Shown piece after piece: positions 63,882-64,000 of a stretch of DNA of 64,000 nucleotides. Within the stretch, counting starts at the first letter, position 1. The number at the start of each line of letters is the position of its first letter. Origin of the DNA: an uncultured Planctomycetaceae bacterium (GTDB lineage Bacteria > Planctomycetota > Planctomycetia > Isosphaerales > Isosphaeraceae); assembly GCA_963833985.1 (NCBI GenBank), contig CAWIAD010000001.1, positions 1,440,001 to 1,504,000 on the forward strand, written 5' to 3'. The notes beneath the pieces were generated by a model that was not told the origin of the DNA, made no database searches, and saw only the letters and a list, made by a program, of their open reading frames with translations. The position numbers and the translations under genes were made by a program.

Positions 63882-64000
63882 TCAACCTGCCATGGGGGCA
63901 TGCGTCGCGCCCAGGTAGGCCTCGATCACCTGCTCGATCGGCCCGTCGGCGACAAGCCGGCCATGGTGCAGCCAGAGCCCTCGGGTACACACCTGGCGCA
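63882..64000 (-). CDS. C-terminus of an ABC ATP-binding protein (Wzt-like), partial
   Basis: Manual translation RQVCTRGLWLHHGRLVADGPIEQVIEAYLG...*. Confidence 0.7.
   Translation of the reverse strand, partial: RQVCTRGLWLHHGRLVADGPIEQVIEAYLGATHAPMAG

Overview
GC-rich chromosomal segment, most likely from a planctomycete (Isosphaeraceae-like). This is inferred from three LE-x-R-x-(L/V)L exported proteins, planctomycete-style TPR proteins and F-x-L-xx-L membrane proteins. Most of it is core or housekeeping genes: tal, rsmD-cca-queC-queD, dksA-like-lspA, glnA, prc, yhaM, parAB, a U32/RlhA-like protein, oxidoreductases and a YtrA-type GntR-ABC operon. Mobile DNA comprises an intact ISAs1 with a perfect 10-bp target duplication, an internally deleted IS630 relic and four different REP-like palindrome families. 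The best candidate for an undescribed system is a tandem pair of paralogous exported Gly/Thr-rich proteins (51.3-55.2 kb). Each has a sigma54-type promoter at a matching distance and a shared aromatic GFxxGFxNGFY motif. One carries 15 GTTGx repeats, and an orphan HlyD-like adaptor follows the pair. The second candidate is a translationally coupled Cys/His-protein plus helical-partner module at 2.4-3.2 kb. Nine small frameshifts in eight otherwise intact genes look like long-read consensus errors. No tRNA, rRNA or CRISPR array was found. All family assignments are from motif recognition, not database searches.
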